A DNA stretch of 63,395 bases, filler included, from Licmophora abbreviata (lineage: Eukaryota), in NCBI GenBank assembly GCA_900291995.1. It is 16 parts of 16 records of this genome, joined end to end, with 100 filler letters (N's around TTAATTAATTAA, not from the genome) between each part and the next. Parts side by side here need not be neighbours in the genome. Positions count along the whole stretch, not along the records: positions 1 to 7,880 come from OLMU01003970.1; positions 7,981 to 10,004 come from OLMU01003973.1; positions 10,105 to 13,233 come from OLMU01003974.1; 13 more parts are not named here. One strand, 5' to 3'. Below the pieces are notes generated by a model, which made no database searches, was not told the origin of the DNA, and saw nothing but the letters and a program-made list of their open reading frames with translations. The position numbers and the translations under genes were made by a program. This document shows positions 1 to 11,147 of this stretch, piece after piece; position 1 is the stretch's first letter, and each line of letters opens with the position of its first letter.

Positions 1-2517
1 GTTTATGCAGGGCCATGCCCCGAAGAGCGGTATCAACGCGGGTGGTGGAGCGAGTAATCCAGCTGTAGCGAGCGATGCGACGGAGCTCATGAGAGAATTC
101 GAAGAGGTGAGTCGTGCACTTGCTTTGTTGTTCGGCGTTGCGTCCCACCGCTCGCAGCCCACCTGTTTAACACGTCCTGTTTGCTTGTACTCGCTAGATC
201 CTTGTCGGGAGAGGTCCATACGCTGAACAGGAAGAAGTCCGAAGAGACAAGTCAAAATACGGCGCTCTCTCCTTGCGAGAACATGACTTTTCTCACTGCG
301 ATGAGCCAACTCCGTCGTATCACTCTTATCCTTCGGACTTCCCTAAGGCCCTGTTCTACTCTCACTCCGGACGAACGGACATGGACTCGTCGGTGCTTAA
401 CGATGACATCGTATGTGTTGCAGCGAATATCGAGAAAAAGCGGCAGGCGCTCTGGGCCCCTGAAGGATACAGCGCCCTCCGTGCTCGCCTCAATGCGAAC
501 GAAGAAGCCATGTTTAAGGTTGAAGACGAAAGATACGAAGTTGACATGGCAATTGAGCGCAATGTCGTTGCTATGCGGCAGGTGGAGCCGATGGCCGAGG
601 AGGTGACGCATCTACGCGAGAATGAAGAAAAGGATGGCCAACCAATCGGCAGGATGCAATACAGTCTTCGAAGTCGCACACTGAACTGTACACAGATAAG
701 TGCGATCGCTCGAGTATACGGCGATCGTGGCGACGAAGTGCTGCAGCACTTACTTAAAACTCCGGTGGCAGTGCTTCCAATCGTCTACCAGAGACTGCGA
801 CAGAAAGACGCTGAGTGGCGAAAGGCTAAGAGTGATATGTTCCATCGGTGGGGTGCAATCTGCGAAGCGAACTACGAAGGCAGTCTCGACGTACTTTGCT
901 CCTCGTACAAGAAAGAGCTAGAAAAGATCTTTTCCGTGGATCGCTTGATCGAGGTGAGTTATGTTGGCTCGTGCATTGTTTAAAAATACTCTTGTCAACT
1001 CTCACGAAGTTTCCATTCTCACACCTGTGAACGATAGGACTGCAAGAGAACTGCACACTTTGTCCGGCATCCCAGGAGGAACGACGACCATCCTGCTACG
1101 GTCCCATATCGGACGATTCTAGCTTTGAGCTCGACGGATACGAAGCAGATCCTCTACCAGCCGTTCCTTAGCTTCAAAGTGACCGGAGATATGCTTCACA
1201 AAGATGCGTTCCATCTTGTTTCAAGCACAGTGGCGAAACGCTTCATTAAGTCGCAAGCCGATCACGAGCGAGCGTCGAGAATATGGTCGGAATGGCTGGC
1301 TGAATGGTTCGGGTTTCCTGCTCACTGGATCCTAGAGGAGCTTCGTAAGAGCGAAAGTACTGATGGCAACACGGTCGCAGTTACCTGTAAGTTGGATCCA
1401 ATCGAAAGAAATTTGACACGGGCTTTCGCAACTGACTCGCGTATCGTTCACTTCTCCACAAATCTTAGACGCTCCTGGACAGAATGTCCGCACGGCCTTT
1501 GGCGACGGAGTTGTTGTGTCGCGAATCGCACCCAGTGCGACCACAGGCTTGCGCTACAAAGTCAGGCTCCCTTACGGAATCGGATACATACGTCCCTCTT
1601 CCGTCTTCAATCATCTGCCCACTGACAAACAAGCTCATCAGCGTGTACGCCGCAACGGAGTAATGGAAGTCGTGGATCTACTCGACAATGGACGCCTCAA
1701 CGAGGAAGTTGAGGAACACAACCAGATGATGTTCTCCACGGAAGATGGCTATGTCTTCATGCGTCTGTATTGCATGCTTGCAGCCGTCTTGACTAACACA
1801 CAAGAATACCTGGATGGACACAAGGATGAACTGATAGAAGAGCGCAAGAACGAATCTCTTTCTCTAGGCGCTGGCGTTTCGTCGACATCCAAACCAGTGA
1901 CAGATCCGCCCCGCTCCTACGACTATCTTGGCTTCTTGGATGCCCTTCAAACCTTCCTTGCTGGAGATATGGATGCCAGCACTTTCGAGAACTTCTGCCG
2001 TAAGCTGACCAAACGACGAGTCTACCAACTGGTTGCTCTGCCCAAGTTGGTGGAACAATGCGCCGAAGCACTCGTTAGTGTGTCGAAAGACGAGTGCATG
2101 TTGCGACTGTACGACGTGTCCAAACTGAAAGTTCTAGCACCGGAGCGATTGAGGGCACTGAGCTGTTCAGAGACGAGCAACGCGTGTTTTCGATTGCAGT
2201 ATGATGCACGTGAAGGACGGTTGTACTGTTCATATATCGCTCCTGGCGAATCTGTCATGTTGGAACGCCAAGAACCTCCCGCAGACACTCCTTCGGAACG
2301 TGCCGACGACGACTCGGACGATGTCGACATGGCCATGGATGACGATGATGAAGAGGAGGAAGAGGAAGAAGAAGACGGACCGGGGGCCGAGAACGGCGTT
2401 ACTGCCAACATGGTCGCCACGGAAGAAAACGGCGGGATTGAAGTATCGTCCGCCACGGCTGAAACGACGGAGGATGCAGACACGGAAGAACCCAAGGCGA
2501 AGCGACCCAAGTTGTAG
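1..2517 (+). CDS. SIN3: Paired amphipathic helix protein SIN3, histone deacetylase corepressor scaffold (5'-partial; predicted introns 107-197, 954-1037, 1387-1468)
   Basis: HDAC-interaction domain motifs TPSYHSYP..SGRT...SVLND and FKVEDERYEVDMAIERN, plus AVLPIVYQRLRQKDAEWRKA and YEGSLD. The C-terminal part has YVFMRLY and FENFCRKL, an acidic tail and a PKAKRPKL NLS-like end. GT..AG introns restore the frame. Confidence 0.9.
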
Positions 2518-2788
2518 AGGTGTGTTTGCTGTGAGTGAGTTTGATGTTATAAATAGTTGTGAGGGGGAACAAGAACCAGTTTGGGTCGAGTTAGAGTAGG
2601 GACTGCTACTTGTGCGTAGTCTTTAAGCACACAATACAAGTTTTAAAGAGAATGCAATAATATCTGTTAATCCGAATATTTTGTGATTTGTCTTGTCGTA
2701 TAGCCGTATTACTGTACACAACTTCCTCCACCTCTTGTCGTCGTCGTCCTTTCAACAAGCAAGTAGTACAAAATAGGATTTATAAAGT

Positions 2789-3508
2789 TCAGTCTTCCCA
2801 TTCGACTCGAAGCCCGGACAACATAAAGTGCCGTTGCAGCCGTTGGGCGATTTCGAGCTTTACACTGGAGAGAGACGCACTGCTACCCTCCATTTTCAAA
2901 AAGACTCCTGGTTGCACACTGCCCTCGCCTTCAATTTTCGTACATTCGATACTTCCACCCGCTACTTGCAAGAAGGGGCGCACCCCATCCAGGACGAGTT
3001 CGACTTGCGCCTCTTCCAAAGTCGGCCCCTCCGGCATACTCTGGACGACTTCTTGAATTTCCGGAATCCGTTCCCGCAATTGTCTCTCGAGTCCCATCTT
3101 CATAGTTTGCGTGCTGCTCGGACACGTCCCACAGGCGCCCTGCAGTTCCAATCGTACGACGGGACCATCGATTTCACTAATGGCCACGTTTCCACCGTCT
3201 TGAATGAGAAAGGGACGCATTTCTTCCAGTACCAAGTCCACATTGTCCCACGTGAGTTCGAGCGTCTCTGCTCCAACAGCCTCTGTGGGAGAATACGAAG
3301 AGGATGATGTCGCGACAGCCGAATCGGTATCGTCAAAGGGCGAAACGATGGGTTCCGAGGCGGACTGAAACAATCTTGGCGAATTTGGGGGACTCGAAAC
3401 TGAACATCGCAGTCCAAACAGTCGTGACGAAGAGGTTGTAAAGCAAGACGCTGAAGACAGTAAGGATGCGATGGACAAGAGTATTGAAAGGCGCGGACGT
3501 CTCGTCAT
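2789..3508 (-). CDS. NFU: Plastid NifU-like (NFU) Fe-S cluster scaffold protein with two NifU-C repeats
   Basis: EEMRPFLIQDGGNV...LQGACGTCPSSTQTMKMGLER CxxC motif and a second degenerate repeat VRPFLQVAGGSI. Signal peptide followed by ASC-FTT, an ASAFAP-like plastid cleavage site. Confidence 0.92.
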   Translation of the reverse strand: MTRRPRLSILLSIASLLSSASCFTTSSSRLFGLRCSVSSPPNSPRLFQSASEPIVSPFDDTDSAVATSSSSYSPTEAVGAETLELTWDNVDLVLEEMRPFLIQDGGNVAISEIDGPVVRLELQGACGTCPSSTQTMKMGLERQLRERIPEIQEVVQSMPEGPTLEEAQVELVLDGVRPFLQVAGGSIECTKIEGEGSVQPGVFLKMEGSSASLSSVKLEIAQRLQRHFMLSGLRVEWED

Positions 3509-3825
3509 GGTGGTCGGTGTTGGTTCGTCTCTTTCGAACATCCTGCAGAAACAAAAGTGAGGATGATGGCCACACATTGAACATGTTGAACTTATGGCTG
3601 ACGCACGCACGTTGAAGAACGGACCGCGTACGGACAGACCGCAAGCCAATGTGGTGTTCGGACAACCCGAACAGCAATTACAAAAAGTAAAAAGTAAAAA
3701 AATGGCGATGGGTCGTGTGTTGACAATGATTGCATGATAGAGCTTGACGCGACTTGACTCTCATCATTACAGCATTTGTCGCCCACTCCTACTCTCTCAC
3801 GAGTAAAGCACAGTCCTCATCCGCA

Positions 3826-5181
3826 ATGACGTTCACGCCCGCGTCGGAGCTGTACGATGCTTCAGACTACCCGAACTTCTTCATTCTGTCTGCAATCGGG
3901 ACTCTTGATTTCTTTTGTCGACAAAATTCACTCACTTCGAGTCATTTGCATTGTTCCGACTGGCGTCAGTGGATGAACTGCAAACAGGGCACTGACTGGT
4001 GTGCCAATTACTACGAACAAAGCATCTTGGATGCCATGCCGGACGCCACGACCTTTCGTTACTTTCAACAACAGAATTATGGATCTTTCGACGATCCGGA
4101 TCGTCTTGCCACCACTACCGGCGGTGTACCGACACTCTTGAATCAGCTCTACCACTACGCGTTTCAGACTCCGACCACGGCCATGAGCGTCCTCACGACG
4201 CCTACTGCTATCATAGTGCTTCTCTTCTTGATCCTGGTCCTTCGCGCCATCAAGAGCGTCCTGCTACCGTGGTTCAGAAGCATTGGACGACGTGCGGGTC
4301 GTGCCACGCACGGTGCTCTCTGGGAGAAGGACAATGAGATTCGTATCGTCAAGTTTGGCGAGTACGTCTTTCGACTCATCTTTCACTCCACTATATCGCT
4401 CTACGGCATGGTTTGCTTTTGGAACGTGCCCTGGTGGAGCGATACGACACTGCTCTTTGACCAGTACCCCCATCAACCGGTTGCTCCCGCCATGACGTGG
4501 TACTACTTGATCCAAGGCGCCTATAATCTGGAGGCGCTCTTTAGCTTACTGGAAATGTCCTTGCAGATCAAGTGGTCCAACCAAGGAAAAAACACATCTC
4601 TATCCCTCCCAACGATTGCGTGGAGCAACACGGTACGAGGCGACTTTCGAGAAATGTTCGTGCATCATATCGTCACGAATCTACTCGTCTTGGGCTCGTC
4701 CTTCTTTCGACTCTCGCGCATCGGCAGCATGGTCTTTCTGGTCCACGATATCAGCGACATCCCAGTGGATCTATCGAAGCTCGCCAACTTTCTCAAGTGG
4801 AGGAGGGCGACCACTGTCTGTTTCGGTACCATGGTCCTCTTCTGGCTGTTCTTTCGATTGACCATTCTCCCCTTTGTCATTTACCGAAGTGTCCTGTTTG
4901 AGAGTCACTTGGTCATGAAGAGTGGATACATCGAACCGCACGTGTTTTTGCTCTACGTGCCGCTCTTTTACTACCTGGTCGGGCAAATCATACTGCTGCA
5001 CATTGCATGGTTTGCAATGATGCTACGTATGGGATATGTGCTCGTCTTCAAGGGCGAACACCATGACTTGACGGAGCACAAGCAAGGAGAGGAGCAGGAT
5101 ACGAATGGAGTGCATGGCACGAAGAATGGTGAGACGAATCAAGTGAAGGACGACAAACGGAGGAGAAAGAAAGTCAACTGA
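3826..5181 (+). CDS. LAG1: Ceramide synthase (LAG1/TLC domain)
   Basis: Lag1p motif RGDFREMFVHHIVT...IGSMVFLVHDISDIPVDLSK, KFGEYVFR, several TM segments and a KKxx-type C-terminus (KKVN). Confidence 0.92.
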   Translation: MTFTPASELYDASDYPNFFILSAIGTLDFFCRQNSLTSSHLHCSDWRQWMNCKQGTDWCANYYEQSILDAMPDATTFRYFQQQNYGSFDDPDRLATTTGGVPTLLNQLYHYAFQTPTTAMSVLTTPTAIIVLLFLILVLRAIKSVLLPWFRSIGRRAGRATHGALWEKDNEIRIVKFGEYVFRLIFHSTISLYGMVCFWNVPWWSDTTLLFDQYPHQPVAPAMTWYYLIQGAYNLEALFSLLEMSLQIKWSNQGKNTSLSLPTIAWSNTVRGDFREMFVHHIVTNLLVLGSSFFRLSRIGSMVFLVHDISDIPVDLSKLANFLKWRRATTVCFGTMVLFWLFFRLTILPFVIYRSVLFESHLVMKSGYIEPHVFLLYVPLFYYLVGQIILLHIAWFAMMLRMGYVLVFKGEHHDLTEHKQGEEQDTNGVHGTKNGETNQVKDDKRRRKKVN

Positions 5182-5618
5182 AGTCTAGCGTGTGCGCGGG
5201 TCGACGTCTCGAGGAAGCTTTGATATAATACACTTAGAGCGTGATGGTGGGGATTGATTTCTAGACACACGCTGTAGATCGACCCTCCAAGCTGTAGGTC
5301 AAGCGAAGAAGTGGCGCCTGGAAGTAGACAAGAGCCTCGAGCAATGAGCTGAAACTGCGAGGTGCCTCCTTCGTCACGACTTGTGGATACTGTTGTCAGT
5401 CGTACCTGGTACCATATTAGTGCAGTCGATTGGGACAACGGTGCATGTTCTCATTATCGTAGAGAACCTTTCTAGCGGCTTACCAATCTACGAACCTTAC
5501 TAGCTTGGGGAGCACGACACTGAGACCATAACAACGACTACCCTACACAACAAACATCGTGTCCGATAATCCAACGTCCATTGGGCAGGAGCCATGCGAA
5601 CCAATATTGTAGCAGCAT

Positions 5619-7467
5619 CTAATCGCATGCTGCCTTATGTTTTGGCCGTCTCGTAACAACACGAGGCATACGTGTGGTGCCTGCAATGATGATATTTCTG
5701 ATGGAGCTTTCTAATCGAGCCTGGAGCAGCGCTGCCTTCATAACGAGCCTAACGAGCTTGAGAGTTAGCTCGCTGTCACCAAAATTCCGGGTCTTGCGGG
5801 GAGGAGTCCATGGTGCCGCCATCGCATCGCTACTCACAGGGCCGACCAGTTCAAGCTTAGCCTCTGCTTGTGTGGCCTTGTTGGATTTCGCCCTCCCCGC
5901 CGTAGAAGAAGGCTTCTCAATACTTGGCGAAACGGTGCGTCTAGGAAGTCGCTTCTGGATCCAGAAGAAAAGAAGAGTCAAATACCACGCAATAAGAAGA
6001 AAAGAAATGAACATGTACACCACGATCATCAAAAAGATGGGACGTGGGTTGTTGCCCCCTGGGAATGAGACCTGCTTGTCCCGATTCTCATGCTGACTGT
6101 CGAAGTCATTTCTAAACTCCTCTGTCACTTCCGCGTAATTGTCAATCATCTTCTTCATGACAGACCGTTGCTCGAACTTCAAGCTTAGCTCCCGTCCCGC
6201 GCGAGAGAAAGACTCTCGCTTCTCACTGTCCTCGATCAGGCGCCGCGTCCCCTCGAAGAAGGCATCGACATCGCCAGCTTTACAAGCGTATCCGTTGACG
6301 CCGTGAATGACTAAGTGCCCCGAGCACCCACTTTCTACGACCAGTGGCAATCCTGATGCGGCTGCCTCAAGCGTGACATTGCCAAACGTCTCAACTGAGG
6401 ATGGAAATAGGAACACGTCCGACGAAGCGTAAGCGACCGACAGTTCTGCTCCCGTGAGCCACCCACAGAGGGTCGTGTTGGGCATCCCCCGCAGCCTATC
6501 CTCGCAAGGCCCTACCCCGACCACAAGTGCATGAAACGGGAGATCCTGAGCGTTCAAGCGACGAACGACCTCGACGAAGATATCGATTCGCTTCTCTGTG
6601 ACAAGACGCCCGACAAAGCAGATGACCACCTTGTCGTCGCCGATGCCATGTTTCTGACGGAACAGCATAGAGCGATGTGATGAAGAAAACTTGTCCAAAT
6701 CTATGCCGCGCCCCCAAATAGGAAGTCGGGTAAGGCGGTCCCATTGGTAGGAGTCCTCAAGCGTCTTCTTGATGTAGGGAGTTGGCACGTAGAGTCTCTG
6801 CAAAAAGTTGTACTGGTGTCCAAACAGAGTGGCCAGGAAAGGTTTGAAGAAGCCCATACCTGGATAGTGATCAATATATTCAACATAGTTGCTGTGGTAG
6901 GTCCCCATGAGGGGGAGTTCGTGCTGCCGAGCGTAGAGTATGAGGTCCATGCATACGAGGTCGGGGACTGTGACATGAACCACGGATGGATTGAACTCGG
7001 CAAGAAGCTTGCGTATCTCCTTTGATAGAGTCACTCCCGCATAATATGTCCGATCAGGGCAGGTGGGGTCGTAGGTGAAGAAGAGCGGCGTTGCGTTGTC
7101 CAGGAAGAGAACTTGTCTGTTTAGATGAGCTTCGACCAAGTTAGTGTTTCTATTGTCGCCGGCCTTGAGAGTCAAAACGCAGACATGATGACCCGCCGCA
7201 AGGAGCTCCTGCTCAATCTTTCGCACTGTCAGAGAGACGCTTTAGTGCATAGATGACCATTTTCCAAGAAATAAAATGCAGGAGCAAGACGGGTACAAAC
7301 AAGGCGACAAAAGGTAAGTGGGGTCGAGATTTCCTTGCCGCGGCCCGCCTTGGCGCCAGCTCATACACTCGCTAAGGTGCTAGAAGTACGTACCCATCCA
7401 AAACATTGTAGGCGGCTGTATACAGCAGGATTCGATGGGTGTGGGGTGCCATTCTTTCCAATGCCAT
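5619..7467 (-). CDS. Glycosyltransferase family 4 (GT-B; SQD2/MgtA-like); predicted intron 7240-7393
   Basis: Spliced N-terminus RILLYTAAYNVLDG|VSLTVRK. Motifs WGRGIDLDKF, FVGRLVTEK and YASSDVFLFPSSVETFGNVTLEAAASGLP (E-x7-E). C-terminal TM helix. Confidence 0.88.
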
Positions 7468-7880
7468 TACTTGTGTGGTCGGTGCTGTTGGAGCTATCGT
7501 ACATTCATCATGGTCTGTGCGCTGTGCTTCGGCGGGTCACAGTTCGAGACGTATTATGAATTCAGACATTCGGAGCTTACACTTTGAGTACCGCGCAGCT
7601 TGCTTGGTACTCTCCATCAGAAGTAGTCATGTCGCAATGCCAATGACATCATTACATTACCTACATGTACCGACAATCTATAACAGAAGCACGAGATTAG
7701 ACCGTTTTCCTTACCTAGGTCCTACTGAGTACCATTGTACAGTGGAGCCGGGAGTCGTTAATGACACGTTATCTGCCAGCCTGAGAAGGCTCATCTACTA
7801 ACAACTACTCCGCACTACAGCAAATCGACGACGCAACTCTACTCTCTAGCTAGAAAGGCAACTTCGTCACGTGCTTCCAA

Positions 7881-7980
7881 NNNNNNNNNNNNNNNNNNNN
7901 NNNNNNNNNNNNNNNNNNNNNNNNTTAATTAATTAANNNNNNNNNNNNNNNNNNNNNNNNNNNNNNNNNNNNNNNNNNNN
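7881..7980. other. Artificial scaffolding spacer N44-TTAATTAATTAA-N44, first of 15
   Basis: Identical 100-bp spacers at 7881, 10005, 13234, 18434, 26271, 27997, 31782, 33957, 37500, 43828, 46108, 47679, 50908, 57379 and 59466. TTAATTAATTAA gives stops in all six frames. Confidence 0.99.
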
Positions 7981-8046
7981 CCCAGAAGATTCTGCCGATA
8001 CTGGAGCTTCGTCAGGTACAGGTTCAGTGGACGAGGGATTGCTCAT
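7981..8046 (-). CDS. Possible 5' fragment of a gene truncated by the gap (MSNPSSTEPVPDEAPVSAESSG)
   Basis: ATG in a GCCACCATG context that runs open into the spacer. Too short to identify. Confidence 0.35.
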
Positions 8047-8423
8047 GGTGGCGTGCGTGGTGTGAAAGTGGACGTTGATAGTCTGGCGGAGTGATGAAGG
8101 CGGCGGATCGATTGTATCATATTGAGCGGCGCTCCACACTCCATGAAGTGTGACTGAAAAAAGGCGTCATCGCCCATGACTGAAAATGGCCAGGTGGGCG
8201 ATGTGTGGGTGAAGACGATGATGCGACGATGATATGCTGCGCAGGTGCTACCCGACGAGAGATAGATGAACCACGTACGAGTACCTCGTACACCACAACA
8301 CCTCACGGACCTATCTTTGGAAGTCGGTGGTCCGAGGGGTTGCACGGTGGATCTACATCAAAAAGCGTTCTCGATATCTGAAACCTATAACGCATCACTT
8401 TGATATGAAAATAAGATCCCCAT

Positions 8424-9995
8424 ATGCATTATCGTCTGCGTATCGGTAGTCAATATCCCACAGCCGACAGCCTGAATGCTTCATTGGCTGTCATCACAGT
8501 GTTGCTGTTCGGCGGTGCCGCCGTGCTGTTGACGCTCTTCTTCGTCGTCGCGGGGAAGATAAGAAGGCCCAAGGTCCCACCAACGACGAAACGACAGCCC
8601 TCATCATCGCTACAGCATGCCATTAGACAAGAGCTCAGGCAAAAATTTCCTCGTCTGCCGTATACTTGCCCCGAAAGATATGACTTTCTCTGTCGAGCTG
8701 CGTACGTGCGATGTCTCTCGGGGCACCCGTCATCATCCAGCAGAAGACCTCCAGTCGCTCTGCTTCAGGAGTCAGTGGAAGAGTCGGAGTTTTACGCTGG
8801 TCTCTTGCAATGGGCAGTAGATGGTTGCGATCTGATGCTGCTGCAAGACTGCTGGATAGCAATGCAATGGGCGGTAAGCAACACTAGTACCGGCATGGAT
8901 GAGTCACGTGAAAGCATCAGCGATCGGCTGATGATTCCGGACCGAGTTCTACATGAAATGTTTGTGGTTATCCTGCGCACGCCACTTATCGATCAAATGA
9001 AATGGCTTGAGCTCGAGCCTACATTGCTTGAACAAACATTGAAAAGCCAGTCCAGAAGAGTGCAGAGTTGCCTTGAGCTACTGGGAGCTATGCAAGAATG
9101 CAAAGACGTGCAAACCGGCATCACGTGGAGAATGCTGAGACAACTGCCACCAAGGATGACGACAACCACCACGTCCATCTCTTGGCGGGAAGAATTTGCT
9201 GCGCGGCTGCTCACTCGAGCCATATCCAATGATGACGGAGATGAAGATTCCATGGTGCGCTTTGCTGTTTTGACTATACCGTCGTACATGCTTGGGATGC
9301 GACAGTATGATCGGGTCGCAAGGCTTCTAAGCAATGAGATTTTCCTTGATGCCAGAATACGTATGCTGGGGGCGGAAGAAAGTGTTTACCGACATGTTGC
9401 AGACTTGAAATCGTTGATACAATCAGTCGACCAGGGTCTGGTGGATATCCCGAAGGAGTCCGTGGAGAATGCTTGTGCGGCTCTCGCCGGTACACTTCTA
9501 TCCTGGAATGCGAGTCCCGACATCACTGGCAAGTTGTTGTTTTGCGTCGCTACGTTTCTAATGCACTACAAAGGGACATGCAAGCTCTCCTGGGGGCTTC
9601 TGGATAAGGCAAGGTACTTTCAAGAGGTCGCTCTGCATGAGTCCAATGTTCAATTTTCTAAAGCCCTACACAGCACCGGAGTACTATATCACGTCCGACA
9701 AGAGGATACTGTTTCCGAGAAATATTTTGATCTGGCATCCAGGCTTCACACTAATTTGAGTGTGGGCGTCATACAGAAGATCTACGAACTGACAGAGGCC
9801 GGTCGAAGCGCTGCTGCATGGGACCGTCCTTTGGGTCTCTATCAAGACCAGCTCCTCACGTGTATGCGTACATCTCTCGTCGCGCACCACGACTTGACCC
9901 GAACTGAAGCAGAAATGGGCTTGCCGCTAGATGAGGAACGCGATGAAATGGTTGCTCTGTACAGCAGAGCGGCGACATCTCGTAATATCCAATGA
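8424..9995 (+). CDS. Hypothetical protein with N-terminal TM helix and helical/TPR-like C-terminal region
   Basis: 523-aa uninterrupted ORF. Hydrophobic segment LAVITVLLFGGAAVLLTLFFVVAG and TPR-like ALHSTGVLYHVRQ...SEKYFDLASRL. Confidence 0.6.
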   Translation: MHYRLRIGSQYPTADSLNASLAVITVLLFGGAAVLLTLFFVVAGKIRRPKVPPTTKRQPSSSLQHAIRQELRQKFPRLPYTCPERYDFLCRAAYVRCLSGHPSSSSRRPPVALLQESVEESEFYAGLLQWAVDGCDLMLLQDCWIAMQWAVSNTSTGMDESRESISDRLMIPDRVLHEMFVVILRTPLIDQMKWLELEPTLLEQTLKSQSRRVQSCLELLGAMQECKDVQTGITWRMLRQLPPRMTTTTTSISWREEFAARLLTRAISNDDGDEDSMVRFAVLTIPSYMLGMRQYDRVARLLSNEIFLDARIRMLGAEESVYRHVADLKSLIQSVDQGLVDIPKESVENACAALAGTLLSWNASPDITGKLLFCVATFLMHYKGTCKLSWGLLDKARYFQEVALHESNVQFSKALHSTGVLYHVRQEDTVSEKYFDLASRLHTNLSVGVIQKIYELTEAGRSAAAWDRPLGLYQDQLLTCMRTSLVAHHDLTRTEAEMGLPLDEERDEMVALYSRAATSRNIQ

Positions 9996-10140
9996 ACACA
10001 TCATNNNNNNNNNNNNNNNNNNNNNNNNNNNNNNNNNNNNNNNNNNNNTTAATTAATTAANNNNNNNNNNNNNNNNNNNNNNNNNNNNNNNNNNNNNNNN
10101 NNNNTCCAATGAACACATCATCGAATATTGCCTGCACAAC

Positions 10141-10867
10141 CTATCGTCTCGTTGATGCAGACGCCGAAAAGACATGCCTCGTAAACGAAGATCCATCTCC
10201 CCGAGTAGCCTGTGTATTGATTGCCTGATGATCGCTCCTCGACACGATTCTCTCAATGATTTCGCCAGTCCCTCGCACCAATCGGTAGCGCCCGGTTTCT
10301 GCGTCGTATACCTCTCGAACCTGCGCCTGCTCCGCCTCGTACTGCTCACGTGTCATGGGCACCATTGCAGATTGGCGACTAGAATCTTTCTTCCTCTGAG
10401 CGTTGGATGTAGTATCAGATCGAATGGTCTGATCTTTGGTGACACTCCCGACGTGAGGTACAGTTCGCGGGTTGCGACTCTCCACTTCCTTGTCGTCATC
10501 TCCATCATCAGCATGAACCATTCCGTCCTGACGCACCTCTTCCAAGTTCGTGACTCGATCATGCGATGTTTTGCGACGTTTCTTACTATCCTTGCGTTTT
10601 TCTCTTTTTGGAGTCTTTCCGTTTCCGCTTGCGACGGTGATAACTGATACTGGACGAAGAGCTGCGGTCGTCGTCACTCTCTCCCTGTCGGTGATGGCGG
10701 CGCTTTCTGCTTTTCTTTGTCCGGTCATCCGATTTTTCCTTTCTTCTTCGTTTCTTTCCATGTCGACGAGGCTCAAAAGACTGTAAGGATGAGTCTGGAC
10801 TATCGTCCCGGGGTCTTTGTCTCTGCCGTAAGTCGCCATCGTCCTCACCGTTGTTCGCCATCGTCAC
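10141..10867 (-). CDS. ARL6IP4: ARL6IP4 / SR-25 family nuclear splicing-associated protein (apparent 1-bp frameshift at 10597-10601)
   Basis: C-terminal domain MVPMTREQYEAEQAQVREVYDAETGRYRLVRGTGEIIERIVSRSDHQAINTQATRGDG. The K/R/S-rich N-terminus lies in the adjacent frame (ORF 10586-10867). Confidence 0.85.
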
Positions 10868-11147
10868 TGCATTTTGAGAAAGGGCCGAAATATGTTATCT
10901 GTATACATTTCTGTCAAAATTCAGAATTTCGTTCTCCATCACGATGACGCGGACGAGACGGCGCTGGAGCCGCACCATCATCAGTTCAGCGCCGCTCCCG
11001 GGCGGATAGTTCATGTCGCTGTGTTGACCGCGTTTGTCCTTACACATGAGAAGGTCTTACGAGCAGCAGCATATGCGGATAAGTGTATCGAATGGATCGA
11101 GAATTCACTTCCGATTGCTAGTATCGCGCACCTCACCACTCTCTATT

